Source: Basidiobolus meristosporus CBS 931.73 (Eukaryota > Fungi > Basidiobolomycota). From it: a stretch of DNA of 64,000 nucleotides. Position numbers and translations under genes: made by a program. Of this stretch, positions 23,432 to 36,614 are shown piece by piece (within the stretch, counting starts at the first letter, position 1; each line of letters opens with the position of its first letter). The stretch is taken from the NCBI GenBank assembly GCA_002104905.1, contig MCFE01000303.1, positions 35,328 to 99,327 on the forward strand, written 5' to 3'. The notes under the pieces are model-generated. The model made no database searches. It saw only the letters and a program-made list of their open reading frames with translations, and was not told the origin of the DNA.

Positions 23432-25440
23432 ATGGACAAGACTACTTTGACTCAACACCGTAAGAGAAGAGAAAAAAGACCATGTGGCTATTGTGGCAAG
23501 CCTCTCAGCCATGAAGCACACAGACAGCATAGGAAGTATTACAAGGATCATGACCAGTGTTTTGCCACCCAAGTCATATTTGACCATTCATTGGTCACTA
23601 CTGTACCAACATTATCTTGCTGGCCAGTTGATACTCCTATATTGGCACCTGGCTGTCTTTGTCACCTTGCACAAACTGAGTCAGGTGAGTTTGTGACACC
23701 TTTAGGCTCACCTCAGCCTTCTGAATATGGCACGCAGAGTGATAGCCCTGACAAAGAAGGTTCACTGATGGATTTTGAGCCTATCTCCCCTAACAACAGT
23801 ACTACGTATGAGCCTGGTCAAATCCCTATATGCAATGATACAACACCTGTTGAAACAAATGCCAAGGATACTTTATGGAGCCAAGTGAGCCCAGTAATCC
23901 ATCTATTGGTAAATGATGTAATGTTGTGGCTAGAGAAGTGGCATGTTTTGACTAATATCAGTAATGGGGGCTTTGAGGATTTATTACTACTTCTTGCCAA
24001 AATCATACCAGGATGCAACTTACCATGTACATGGTACAAGTGGACAACCATCATGCGGCTGGCAACATATGATCCAGAGACTGTCTGGATTCCAGCATAT
24101 GTTAACAGTTGCATGGCATTCACATCCAAAAATGCTACCATTGCAACATGTCCAAATTGTCAGGAATCCACCACCATTGAGGGAAAACATTGTTCACACT
24201 CTGGATATATTCCAGTCATAACCTGTTTGAGGAAGCTGATGCAGTCTGACAAATATTGCAAAGCTATACAGTACCACAGTCAGTATCAATCAAGTGCAAA
24301 CATATCCAATATATTTGATGGCAAACATTACAAACAACTAAGAAGCAAGGGCTACTTTGAAGGTATGCATGACCATGCCTTTGCTTCAGCACTTGCTGGA
24401 TTCTCATTGAACAAGTACTCTAACAGCAAATCCTGCTGGCCACTGATTCTCATCAATCTGAATCTGTCACCCATCTTAAGGTATCTAAGCAATAATCTGA
24501 TAGTAGTCTCACTGGTATCTGGGCCTAAATCACTGTCCAACCTGGATAGCCACCTGTATCCATTGCTGGATGAATTATGTATGCTTTCCAGCGGGATAAT
24601 GGTAAATGGCCATCATGTAAAAGCACATATTATTATTGGCATTGGAGATACCCCAACCATCAGCAAGATAGCAGATTTTCTGGGCACAATGGATGGTATT
24701 GCTGTCAAATGTGTGAGATCCAGGGAATTTACTCATAACTCACACGCATTATTATTACCCAAACACCAGCACCAAGAATATCATCTTTCCACAGAGAGAA
24801 CATACAGAAGTAAGCATGCAATTGCAGCAAAGTTGGCAAGCTATAAGCCATTGGCCAGAATATGGAATCAATCAGAAACCGGAAATACTTAAGACAGAGG
24901 GTATCTGTTGGAGCAAAAGCTTTCCACTGGAAGCAAAGCATTTGCTTTTCAACAATATCCCTATACTGATGACCAAGTTTTACATGGATCATTTCAAGCT
25001 AAATGAGCCATCTGAGATACCAGAGAGATTTGAAAGAACTGTCAAGATACCACCAAGTATCTTCTACCCTCAGTACTTCTTGTGGGCTCCAATCAACATT
25101 CATATGCATATGCAGCAATTCAAGTGCAAGAACTGGATGAACCAGATTTGTATTTATTCAAGTGGCCTTCTAAAAGCATTTCTACCAAGAGTACATTGGG
25201 AGCACTGGGAGTCACATGTGGACATTGTTGGAATATTTATCCAGCGGTGGATCACCAATGCCAACATGATGCATCAGCAACTTTTATGCAAAGAGTTTGT
25301 GATAGGATTTGAGCTGATACACTACTAAAATAAAGCTGAGTGTATAGATCTCTGCCGCTACTTTATATATTTGCTACTCCATCTTGCTTGGTGTGCTCAG
25401 ATTATTGCACCTTACTTCACCTATTGTGAGTTTCCTATGG
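23432..25440 (+). pseudogene. CACTA/EnSpm-like transposase (Transposase_21-like), frameshifted
   Basis: N-terminal CGYC...H zinc motif, CPNC, IFDGKHY, SCWPLILINLNLSP..RY, GPKSLSNLDSHLYPLLDEL; continues in ORF 24816..25328. The end coordinate is approximate. Confidence 0.85.
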
Positions 25441-25489
25441 AGTGGATGTGTTAGGAGATAGGAAGAAAAGTCAAGTTGCAGGTCCTTGT

Positions 25490-25615
25490 CATTAGTAATC
25501 ACTTGGCAATCAGGAAAAGTATTTTAGGGAAGTCAATCCCTCATCAATAAGTCATCCTTTCTATTATTAACACTTTCTCCTTATTGATTAATAGTTGATC
25601 ACTGCACCTGCCTTT
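25490..25615 (-). repeat. Diverged fragment related to the 1068-bp solo LTR
   Basis: Collinear similarity to 37977-38100 (ATTAGTAATCACTT...GAAAAGTAT...ATCCCTCA.CAATAA). Confidence 0.45.
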
Positions 25616-26545
25616 TGCATATACACCTCAGACTTGTCCTCAAGGAGCTTTTCAGGGTAGTGCACAAGACACACAGAGGCCTTTGAAGACACATGGAGCA
25701 TCTAGGAAGCTTGAGAAGCAGGAGCTTTTACCATAGTTACATGTTGAAAAAGACACCACTGGTTTAGACACAGAGGTTATTGCATATATCAGGCAACTCA
25801 CACATCTTGAGTTGTGTAGCATCTCCCAGGAGTACCTCTAAACCTCCACACCATTATGGATGTAATGAGTTGGCACATGCAGGATAGCCAGGAAGAGTTG
25901 GAAAATACTGCAGACAGATGTTCACATGGAGACACCTATGCCTATGGCATTAAGAAGCTGAGTAGCCCCAATATGTGGGTAATCAGTCAAGTAATGCAAA
26001 GCTGGGTTGGGTGCCATAGTGTTTTTTTAATCAAACTATTTGTGAAGTACCCAAAGCAGTAGTGGGTAAGCAAATAAACAAGGGTATTCTGCAGTAGAAT
26101 ATATGAATTGCGCAAGATGAGGCAGAAAAAGGAAATACCATTTGGTAAATTGGTATGGTAGCATTATACTGAGCTAGCTGTAGGCTGCCATACTAACATG
26201 ATAATGCCATCAAAGGCTTGCAAAGAGGCCATCAAAACACTGACATGTTTTTTGCCATGTAAGGCAATTGGATGTACTGGCTGGTTAGATCTACTCAGGT
26301 AGGTGTAAAGTGCAATAAGACTGTAACAATGCCATGCCAACCTTGGCAAGACACTGTATGAGCACTGTCAAAATTTATCAACTTTATTTGGCTGAAAAAT
26401 TAGCAAAATGCCATTGTGATCCTGTCACAAAATTGTGTAGATGGTCATTAATTCCAGTTGCTACTTCTATTGCAGTCTCTTGACAGGATCCTGATGGCTG
26501 GTCTGGGTTAGATCCATCCGCAAGACCAAATAATTTTTTATAGGG

Positions 26546-27059
26546 AGAATGTGTGTGAGTTCTGGAGTAAGTCCCCTGGATCTCACAAATTTGACAGCTA
26601 TACCATCCATTGGGCCCTGAAAGGCAGGCTATCTTGTTGATGGCTGGGGTATCTCTATTGTAGATAATAATTTGAACTTTTACATGAAGGCCATTTATTG
26701 TTATCCTGCTGGAAAGCATACAAAATTCATCCAGCAATAAATACAGGTGGCTTCCCAGGTTAGACAATGATTTAGTCCCATATGCCAATGAGACTACCAT
26801 CAGATTTCTGCTCTGATACAATAACCAAGGCAGCAGATTCAGGTTGATAAGTATCAGTGGCCAGCAGGATTTGCTGGTAAAGTATTTGTTTAGTAAGAAT
26901 CCATCATGTGCCAAGGCAAAGGCATGGTCATACAAACACTCAAAGTAGCCCTTGCTTCTGAGCTGTTTGTAATGTTTGCCATTGAGTATATCTGCTATAT
27001 TTGTGCTTGATTAATACTGGGTGTGGTACTGTATAGCTTCATAATATTTGTGGACTGCA
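26546..27059 (-). pseudogene. CACTA-like transposase fragment
   Basis: DHAFALAHDGF...SCWPLILINLNL...CQICEIQG; cut on the left by the CCCTA TIR and on the right by the Gypsy-2 LTR. Confidence 0.8.
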
Positions 27060-30000
27060 TGAGCCTAAGTGACAACTAAGTGCAGAATCTTAGAAATGTC
27101 AAGAGTGCCTGAAGTATTAGCAGAGATGTTCTGGTCTAATATTGGTCTTATATATAGCTGAGTTGGGCTTATAAAGGCAACAGAGTAGGTTTGCTATGCA
27201 GGCTAGGCTTGGTGTTCTTGAGAGTGCTAGATATGCTAAGCTTGGGTAGAAACTAGAATGGATTTGTTGAATTCTTAATTTTCTTGAGACACACACTAAA
27301 CCAAAGGGTTCAGTAAGCTATATTTATATTTTCTGACTGAGTTGCATTAGTAAGCACCAAGAGACTGGACTAATTGAAATCTGTTGGGGTGTTGATAGGT
27401 GCATAAAATAAATGAAAAATTGCCTCATTAATCAGCTGATGTCTTGGCTACAACTAAGTGGTTGGATAAATATCAGATGACTAATCACTTGGAAAGGCTT
27501 AGCAAATCAGTTGAGGACATAATGACCACATGAAAATTAATCAGGTGTGACAGCTAAATATAGATTCTGAGAAGTGATAAAATAAATCATAACAGGGATT
27601 AGTTATGTTTGGATTAGGGAAAATCAGTTAGGGTACTAGATTTTCTAAAGGAGTGAAATTGGCCAAGTTTTAAAGGTTGATGGACAACATCACTTCCTCT
27701 TGGGAGAGGAGTTTTTTGATATCCTCTGGGTTCCCCTGTGGCTCCAATACTGATCAATAATGGCAATCTCATCAAAGTTGGTGTAAGGTTCCCAGGTGTT
27801 GTGTTTGGCATCCTAACCTTTCCACTTGACTAAATAAAGGCAATTTGGTTCTTCACCATCATGGTCAGCAAAAGCTTTAACTTCATAGGATTCAGAAGTA
27901 ACTGGGTCTTGAGATATAAGTTTGAGTGAAGAAGGTGGAAAGTTTTTGGGTAGTAGTGCTCCGGTGTTGTCCTGAAGTACATAAGATCCTCCAGTGGTAT
28001 GTCTTACAACTTTCAATGGGCCTTCATACTTGGGGTCAAGTTTACATTGTTGGATTGGATCTAGTGTCATGACATATGATCCATTGGGAAAGCTGCTGTT
28101 CCTGTGTCTTGAGGCATATGTTGAAGTCATCTTTTGCTCTGTGGCCTTACTTCTGGCACTGATAGCAGGGTAGACAATGTTTGTAAGGTGCTCAAGCTGG
28201 TTCTTTAGCTGGTCTGTATTCAAACTTGCTAGCTGTGTATGCTGGTAGTCCCCAAAGTGGTTGTATCTTCTTCCAAACATCAAAGAAGATGGTGTTGATC
28301 CATGTAGAGCGGCGATTTTGGTGTTGATAGCATACTGAACAGTGGAAATGTACTTGTCCCAATTCATCTTGATATCATTGATAGATTTCCTGATGATGTT
28401 CACTGAGGTCTGAACATGTCTTTCATCAAGTCCATTAGCTTTTGGATGATATGGAGTGATCAGATGGTGATCAATGGCACTATTCTGGCAGAGGGCTTTG
28501 ATAACATGATTTACAAATTCTATTCCATTACCCAATTGAATCACCTTAGGGAATCCAAAAAGGCAGAAGAGCTTGAATAGTGCTTGACTAATAGTGGCAG
28601 CATACTTGTCTGGGATAGCTTCTAGGAAGACAAAAAGTGTGCAGACATCCACAATTACAAAGAGGTAGTGATTACCATCATCAGTAGTGGTGAAAGGTCC
28701 AGCTAGATCAATTACAATATGATCCATAGGAAGGCTTGAATGAATGGGACTCAAAGGGTAAAATCCATGGGGCTGATATTGTGAAGTTGACATTCTCTGC
28801 AAGACTTGACAAATTCTAGGCAGTCAGCTTTGATATGTGGCCAGTGATATCCACCAGAGTGTAGCTTCTTTATAAGTGTGTCAGCTCCAAAATGTCCAAG
28901 TAGATGACTCCTCTGTATCCACATTTTCCTTTTGTTAGTATGTGGGATTTTCCAGGTTGCTGAATCCATTTGAGGAATCATTTTGGAAATTGTAGTGAGC
29001 TTACTGATTATGTCAGTAATCACATGCCCCTCCCAAGGTGAAGTTGAGAAAAGTCTTGAGAAGTGGTCAGGCAGGATATTGAGGATTCCTGGGCTATGAA
29101 TAACTCTATATTCATAATCAAGTAGAGTATCAAGCTAGTTGGTAAGCATTGAAGTCAGAGTCTTAAGGGTGTGGATATAGACAAGGGCTTGGTGGTCAGT
29201 ATACAAGGTAAAAGGGTTACCCCATAAGTACTGATGAAACTTCTTCAAGGCAAAGACTATGGCAAGTAGCTCCTTCTTGGTGGCAGAGTAGTTTCTCTCA
29301 GCAGGTGGTAGAGATCTGGCTTGAGAAGAGATCCAGTGAGGCAGATTTTGGTCTTCATCCTTGTGTAGGACAGCCCCCAACCCAACATTAGATGCATCCG
29401 TAGCAACAACAAAGGTCTTAGTAAAGTCTGGGTAGGATAGGGTGGGTGCCTTTGGGAGCAACTGGCAGAGTGACTCAAGTGCTTGGTCATGAACCTTGTT
29501 CCATGCTGAGGGAAGATCAGGACTATGGTGTAATGCATTTAAAGGGGCACTCAATGAGGGCATGAGAGGAATGTGTTCCTGGAGTTGCTGAATACTCCAA
29601 GATAATGTTGGAGTTGCTTAGCCCTAGTGGGTTTTGGCCATTCAGGAATATTGACCAGTTTGAAAGCATCAAGCTGGTGACCATTTGGTGTGACAATAAA
29701 CTCAAGTAGATTGATTTTGAGGTGGGCAAAGCTGCACTTTTCTGCATTAAGAATCAGTCCAGCAGCTGTTAGTCAGTTGATCACATCAGTGACATGGGTT
29801 GCATCATCATCACGGTTTGTGAAAAATATGATGACATCATTGACAAATACTAAGGCGTATGGTGCGTTCTTGAGTATTATAGTCATGACACTCTAGAACT
29901 TGCTGGTCAGTGTCTCTAGGACAAAGGGAGCTCCCTGAAACATCCATTGCATATTATTCCAAGTAAAGGCAGTCTTATGTTGATGATCAGAATGGATCTG

Positions 30001-32945
30001 GAATCAGTGATACACATCCTTCAAGTCCAATTTGGAGAATACTTTTGCACCTGATAGTGAGGAAGAGATATCCTAGATTCTAGGAATTGGAAATTTATAA
30101 TCTTGGAGGAGCTTGTTCAGAGGCCTAGGGTCCAAACAGGGTCTCTTCAGAGTTAGATTTCCATCAGCATCTTTCTTAGGTGCAAGCATCAAAGGGCTGT
30201 TGAATGTTGTGTTTACAGGGGCTAGAGCAATAATTCCATTGTCAGCCCACTTTTGGACTATTACATCAACCAAGTGCTGACAAGAATGCAGAATTGGGTA
30301 TTGCCTCCTCCACATTGACTCTCCAAGTGGGGTTTTTAGTGTAACAATGGATTCTGGAATAGTGCAGAAACTGTTGCTGGGAATGGCTTGGTTTCTTTCT
30401 ATGGCCAGCTGAATTTCTAATTTGATTGATTGAGAATACGCTTGAAAAACTGGGGTTGACTCCTCTGCTTCTGGATGGGGAGAGATAATCTCTGGAATCT
30501 GATCCATTCTGGGTAGCTGGGACTTAGTGATTCCAGGATATGAAACTGGTAGTCCATCTATGTGAAAGCCAAGTTTGGTGAAGGTGTCTAGACCAATGAC
30601 TACCGGAGGTCCATCTGGAATGTCAATAACTTCCATCTGATGGATTATAGTTATTGAGCCACAGTGTATGCTGATTGGGTTGTTGATACCATTTCTTGGG
30701 GCTGAGAAGTCCTTAGCCGCAAGTATGATTTTTCCTGGCTGCTTTTCTATTGCCAATTTGAGTTCTTTTACCACATTAGGTGATACAATAGAGTTAGATG
30801 ATCCAGTATCCAGTAGTGCTACATATGATTGGCCATTGAGCTTGAGTGGCACCTCTATAGCGTTTAGCTGCGCAATTGATTGCTTCTTTTCTTGAACAGT
30901 TGCAATTTTAGCCAAAATTTCAAAGAGGTTGTGATGATCTTGAGCTGTAAGTTCTTCAAATGCTTCCTCATACCCTGTCATATCATTGGTTGAATGATCA
31001 TCTAGAATCTGAGTAGTTTTTGCCAATGGTGTACAGTTCTTCTCAGGACAGGTAGGTGATCTATGTCCCATCATTCCACATTTAAAGCACTTGTCATCAG
31101 CATATGGATTATCAGTTTTGGTGTTTTGCTGCTTCTCTGACATGTTTCCAGACTTGTTTGACTGCTTGGTGATACCTTTGCACTCACTGGTAGATTGATA
31201 GTATCTTCCATGAAGCTCACAATGCTTGTTGGCAGCTGACTTATTTATAGTCATATGGCTGCTCTCTTTTCCAGATGTTGCTGCATCTTGTATGGAGTTG
31301 CCTGAAGCCTGGCTAACAGCTGCAGTCATAGTGATTGCAAGTGTACATATCTCTGAGATTTTCTCATAGGTACATGCAGGGTTGCATGCTTTGACAATGC
31401 AATATTGCTCTGTAGCTGGTGTGAAAAGTTTGAAAGAAAATGAGAAGTAAGCAATGGATTGTTGTCAATAACTCCAGCTAGTCTCATTTGTCTCTGGAAT
31501 CTATCACAGAAGTGTTGCAGAGATTCACCTTTTTGCATTTTAGTTTTCCATAAGTTGCAGTTTAGATGCGCTTTTTTGAGGGGATCTTCAAAATGGCCAC
31601 AAAAGAGGTACTGGGCAACTTTCCATGTACCATTGGAAGGAATGTTCACCTCACCCCAGTTGGCATCTTGCATGGTGAGACAGAGAGGCAGAAGTCTAGC
31701 CCAATTGGTATCAGGGTCTAGCTGGTGCTCAGCCAAGACATGACTAAACTTGTAAAGAAACTCAGTAGGATTCTTTATGGTACTGGTGCCTTCAGCATAA
31801 AGAGGCAAGGATTGTGGGACAACCACTGGGGTTGATCTAGAGCAAGATGTAGTTCTGGAGGATCCAAAGGCATGACCTCTTGGTGGCTGATGCAGAGCAA
31901 GGCTTGGTGGATTTTCAATGCTGTCAATTACAATGGCAACATTCTCCAGGGCTTCTATGATAATTCCAATTTCATCTTGGTAACCGGAGATAACTTCAAG
32001 AAGTTCATCTCTACAATGATTGTCAGATCTTGTCTTGGCAAGCTTTGAATGCTCAAGCATCAAGGTGTTTCTTTTATGCATAATGTTTTCAAGCTGCTCA
32101 GTTAGTTCTTCCTTATTTCTGCGGGCTTCTTCCAACATGAAAAGATTTGGATTGCTTGCTGCTGAGTACATATTGTAACATGGCTGAATGTAATGGAATT
32201 CAACAAAAAAAATGTTGTATCCAAGAGAAAAGTTCAATAAAACTCTTGAATGAGTTAATTGAACCTGAGTGACAACCAAGTGCTGAATCTTAGAATTGTC
32301 TAGAGTGCCGGAAATATTAGCAGAGATGTTCTGGTCTAATATTGCTCTTATATATAACTGAGTTGGGGTGATAAAGGCAACAGAGTAGGTTTGCTATGCA
32401 GGCTAGGCTTGGTGTTCTTGAGAGTGCTAGATATGCTAAGCTTCGGTAGAAAATAGAATGCATTTGTTGAATTCTTAATTTTGTTGAGACACACACTAAA
32501 CCAACGGGTCCAGTAAGCTATATTTATACATTTCTGATTGAGTTGCATTAGTAAGCGCCAAGAGACTGGACTAATTGAAATCAATTGGGGTGTTGATAGG
32601 TGAATAAAATAAATGAAAGATTGCCTCATTAATCAGCTGATGTCTTGGCAACAACTAAGTGATTGGATAAATCTCAGATGACTAATCACTTGGAAAGGCT
32701 TAGCAGATCAGTTGAGGATGTAATGACCCCATGAAAATTGATCAGGTGTGACAGCTAAATATAGATTCTGAGAAGTGATAAAATATGCCATAGCAAGGAT
32801 TAGTTATGTTTGGGTTAGGGAAAATCAGTCAGGGTACTAGATTTTCTAAAGGAGTGAAATTGGCCAAGTTTTAAATGTTGATGCACAACATCACTTCCTC
32901 CTGGGAGAGGAGTTTTTTGATATCCTCTGGGTTCCCCTGTGGCTC
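27060..32945 (-). mobile_element. Chromodomain Ty3/Gypsy retrotransposon Gypsy-2 (old, degenerate)
   Basis: LTRs 27060-27689 and 32260-32890 (8 differences in the first 60 bp); gag, PR LLDTGS, RT, RH ATDAS, integrase and chromodomain (YEV...YLVKWKG...TWEP); purine tract before the 3' LTR. Confidence 0.92.
27690..32171 (-). pseudogene. Gypsy-2 gag-pol with frameshifts and stops
   Basis: ORFs 31326..32279, 30073..31329, 29135..29563 and 27813..28802; knuckle CFKCGMMGHRSPTC; RT motif degraded to FVND. Confidence 0.9.
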
Positions 32946-34055
32946 AGCTGGCACTACATGGCTAGAGTCTCATCTGTCAGTCTTTGCAATAGGTCCTGAC
33001 AATATTCAAGTAAGTTCTTGTAAGCACTGCTCTTAAAGAGGTGTTATAACCTCTTGGTGTGCAAAGTAATGTTCCAAAATCCCACTGTAGACATTGTGAT
33101 AGCATTTATGTTCTCAGAGCTGTTCCTTTGTTGGTCAATGGGATGTCCACTCAGTCCACAATGGAGAATGTGGAGGTAGTGGTAGTCAAATTGCTTTTCA
33201 CTGCAAATTCATCTACCTTACTCAAATGTAGCTCAACTGGGTGCATGTCCAAGTCTTGAAAAGAAACAGCTGATTTCTTGTTGATAATTTTTCTTAGCTA
33301 TGATGGGATTTGGCCTGTTTTGGGCCAGTAGCATTAATTGGTAAGAACTGCAGCATTTTTATTATGCTTCCCTGTCTCTGGCTTGGGCAGACCATCTTCT
33401 CTATACCTTTGCCTTTATCACTGCCACTTTGACAGAGTGCTTCTTGTGGTGACTCTCTTGATCCTTGATGAATGCTGCACTGGCACATCTGTTATTGCCT
33501 GCTTGCCCATTGGTGGCACTAGTCCAGTAACTGGATGCTTTGATGCTACTTGCTTGGAACAATCAGCCCTGCTTGTAATGGGCTCATGAGAAAGCTGTGG
33601 GTTTTTATTTCTGTCAAGTCATTCACTGCTACTGTGACCAGGTGTTTCTTGTAATGTACTTTATGGACTTGTTCCATCCTTCCAGCTGATCATAGTGCCC
33701 AATAGCACCATAGTGTGCCAGATGGTGCCTGATCATGCTACAGAGTGCCAGATGGTGCCATACAGTGCCAATTTGGGATCAAAATTGACATGCATGTGAC
33801 CCTAAGATATCAGATTAATAACAAAATATACAGCACTTTCTGGCACTATGATCAATGGCACAATGTAAGAAGTCTTATTTATTCCTTGTTGCATGCCATA
33901 CTGGTGCATCTGTTTTTACCTGCTTGTCCCTTGCAGGTACTGTCCTGGCAACCTGACATCTCTTTTCTGCTTTTTTGGAACACTCAGCCCTTCTTTCCAC
34001 AGGCCCCTGAGAAAGCTGCTGGTTTTTATTACTGTCAAGTCCTCCGCTACTACAG
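32946..34055 (-). pseudogene. CACTA-like ORF2 fragment
   Basis: Collinear with 9375-9446 joined to 20383-20990. Confidence 0.7.
33665..33875. mobile_element. Small degenerate MITE of the Harbinger-like family (~210 bp)
   Basis: Starts GGACTTGTTCC, ends AAGTCT, GTGCCA/TGGCAC motifs, 3-bp TSD TAT (33662-33664, 33876-33878), absent from the paralog at ~20820. Confidence 0.65.
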
Positions 34056-34059
34056 TGAC

Positions 34060-36221
34060 TAGATGTTTGGGTAATATTGATATGTGTGAGTTATGGAGTA
34101 AGCCTCCTGGATCTCACACATTTGACTGCAATACCTTCCATTGTGCCCAGTAAAGCTTGCTATCTTGCTGATGGCTGGGTATCTCTAATGCAGATAATGA
34201 TATACACTTTGATATTATAGCCACTTAGCAGTATTTTGCTGGAAAGCATACAAAGCCCATCCAGCAGTTGATACAGATAGCTATCCAGGTTGGATGGTGA
34301 TACAGGCCTAAATACCAGTGAGACAACCATCAGATTTCTGAACTGATAACATAAAATTGGCAGCAGATTCAGGTTGATGAGAACCAGTGGCCAGCAGGAC
34401 TTACTGCTAGAATACTTGTTTAGTGAGAATCCATCAAGTGCCAAGGCAAAGGCATGGCCATACACACCTTCAAAGTAGCCCTTGCTTCTTAGCTGTTTGT
34501 AATATTTGCCATCAAGTATATCTGATATGTTTGCACTTGATGGGCATTGAGTGTGGTACTTTATAGCTTCACAATATTTGTTGGACTGCATGAGCTTGTT
34601 TAGATGGAGTATCACTGGAATATTTCCAGAACTTGAACTATGCTGCATCATGGGATGATTTTGGCAAGTAGTAGTAGTAAATTTTAAGAGCCCCCATTAC
34701 TGTTATTAGTGAAAACATGGCACTTTATTAGCCACAACATCACATCATTCACTAGTAGAAGGATTACTGGGCTTGCTTGACTTCATAAAGTATCATTGGC
34801 ATTATTTTCCACAGGTGTTGTCTTGTTGAATAATGGAATTTCTCTGGGCTTGTGCAGGGCACTGCTGTTAGGAAAGATAGGCTCCCAATCCATCAGTGAG
34901 CCTGCTTCTTCAGAGCTATAACTCTGCATGCCATATTCCAAAGGCTGGGGTAAGCCTACAGGTGTCACAAACTCACCTGACTCCATTTGTGCAAGGTAAC
35001 AAGTAAAGCCAGGTGCTGTTATAGAAGTATCAAGTGGCTGGCAAGATATTGTTGGTTCAGTAGTGGCTGGTCAAATATGACTTGTGTGGCATAACACTGG
35101 CCATATTCCTTGCAATACTCTTTATGCTGTATACATACCTCATGGCTGAGAGGCTTGCTACAACAAACACAGAGCCCATTTTCTGTTCTCTTACAGTGTT
35201 GAATCAAAGTAGTCTAGTCCATGGGGCAAAAAGTTGACACTCAACAATATAACACTATTATATCACTTTTTTGCCAATATTCATGTGAGTTTAAGATAGT
35301 CTTGTATTTGAGACATTGCAACTATATGAGTGTAATATTTCATTGATGACCTGCCATAGTAAGCATTATAAATAAGGCTGTGGCACCACATACACATGTT
35401 TATGTAACACCAACTCCCCTATGGTTTGACTCACTTCTATATATATACAGCCAAAAAAAAAAGCAAAGTCATCTAGTTCCCAACCAAACCCCACCACTGA
35501 CAGCAGCAGTAGAACAGTTGGACAACAGCTTGCTTTGGCATTCAGTGCAACAGGTGGGGCTATAACCAAAAAAGACCCTGTGGACAGTGTGCCCATCAAA
35601 GGGAATAATGAGACTCCACAGGCCCTCAGTCAAGTAAGCAATTGGGAATCTCAGAAGAGATGCAAGCTGACCGTAATGCTGAGGCAGATGATAATGTTGC
35701 AAAATCAGTACCTTCAGCTGAAGACCAGCAAGTAGTTGTCACAATATCACTACCACCTGTATTAGCAAGTATGTTGTCAGAGCATACCAAAGCATTAATG
35801 AGGTAATTAGGTGCAGTGGCTGATAGGACAGATGCAATGACCCAGAGTAGTTAGAAAATAGTCCAGAAACAAGATGCGTGGATAAACATGCAGAGCAATT
35901 AGTATTTCAGGTAGAGAAAGCAGAATCATTGCTGCAACAAAGGAACTCAAGTAGCTCTATGTCATAACCAAGAAATAAGCCATTTTCTAGTGTAAAAGCA
36001 GATGAACACCATACAATCTTTGAAGCATAACAGCAGTGTCCAAAGACAAAGCCCTCATAGGAACCTATCACAGCATGGGAGGGAGAAAGCTTAGTGTTTA
36101 TACCAAAGCCGAAAAATCAAAAGACATTGGAGATCTGTGAAGCCATTCAGTGCAATGATGCCAATTGGGCTAATATTCAAGAGGCTATTAGAAGTATAGC
36201 ACACCAACACTATAAGGCTAG
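34060..36221. mobile_element. Inverted, degenerate internal copy of the CACTA-like gene pair
   Basis: Transposase remnants on minus (34160..34651, 34783..34986, 35019..35207) head-to-head with ORF2 remnants on plus (~35450-36221); no solo LTR between them. Confidence 0.75.
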
Positions 36222-36598
36222 TATGGTGGTGTATAGGTACAAGGGAGAGATACATTCAACACTTCTCAAGTGCTTTGTGTGTGGGGTGTTCACTGGGTGC
36301 TATAACTTTAAGTAAAAGCTTGCCAGGAATACTTAGGTTCCATCTCTACTCAAGTGTGAACAGGAATAAAGCCACAAGTTTGTCAAGGGAAAACTATTGG
36401 GCCACAATCACCAATATAGTAGGCATCTTAACAAAAGTATGTGCTGGGCTCAGCATCCTTTCAGATGACAGTGTACTAATGCTTCCAACTTCAAAAATAC
36501 AGTAAGCTCTGCCAGCAGAGACCTGATTAGAATGCAGCCATTGTCATCAGTTACAAAGTCAGAAAAGTATCTTTGCCTGTACAAGAACAAACTTGGGA
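36222..36598. repeat. Truncated, diverged copy of the 1068-bp LTR
   Basis: Collinear with 22232-~22610; inserted in CACTA-like ORF2 and cut near the Harbinger-like end at 36615. Confidence 0.7.
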
Positions 36599-36614
36599 TA
36601 TAATTAAATATAAT

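Larger units (their letters stand above)
8813..26545. mobile_element. CACTA/EnSpm-like DNA transposon with CCCTA termini (copy A), carrying nested insertions
   Basis: 18-bp TIRs CCCTATGAAAAATTATTT (8813-8830) and AAATAATTTTTTATAGGG (26528-26545), 1 mismatch. Repeated subterminal CCATC(A)/GATGG motifs at both ends. Encloses a Transposase_21-like gene and a divergent ORF. No TSD recognised. Confidence 0.75.

Noticed and set aside
26384-26545. C-terminal extension PYKKLFGLADG... of the transposase fragment
   Set aside because: Read-through into the TIR and subterminal DNA of the adjacent CCCTA element.
8810-26548. Target-site duplication for CACTA-like copy A
   Set aside because: Flanks (ATT left, AGA right) do not match, and the right-flank transposase fragment does not continue on the left, so the ends may have been rearranged.
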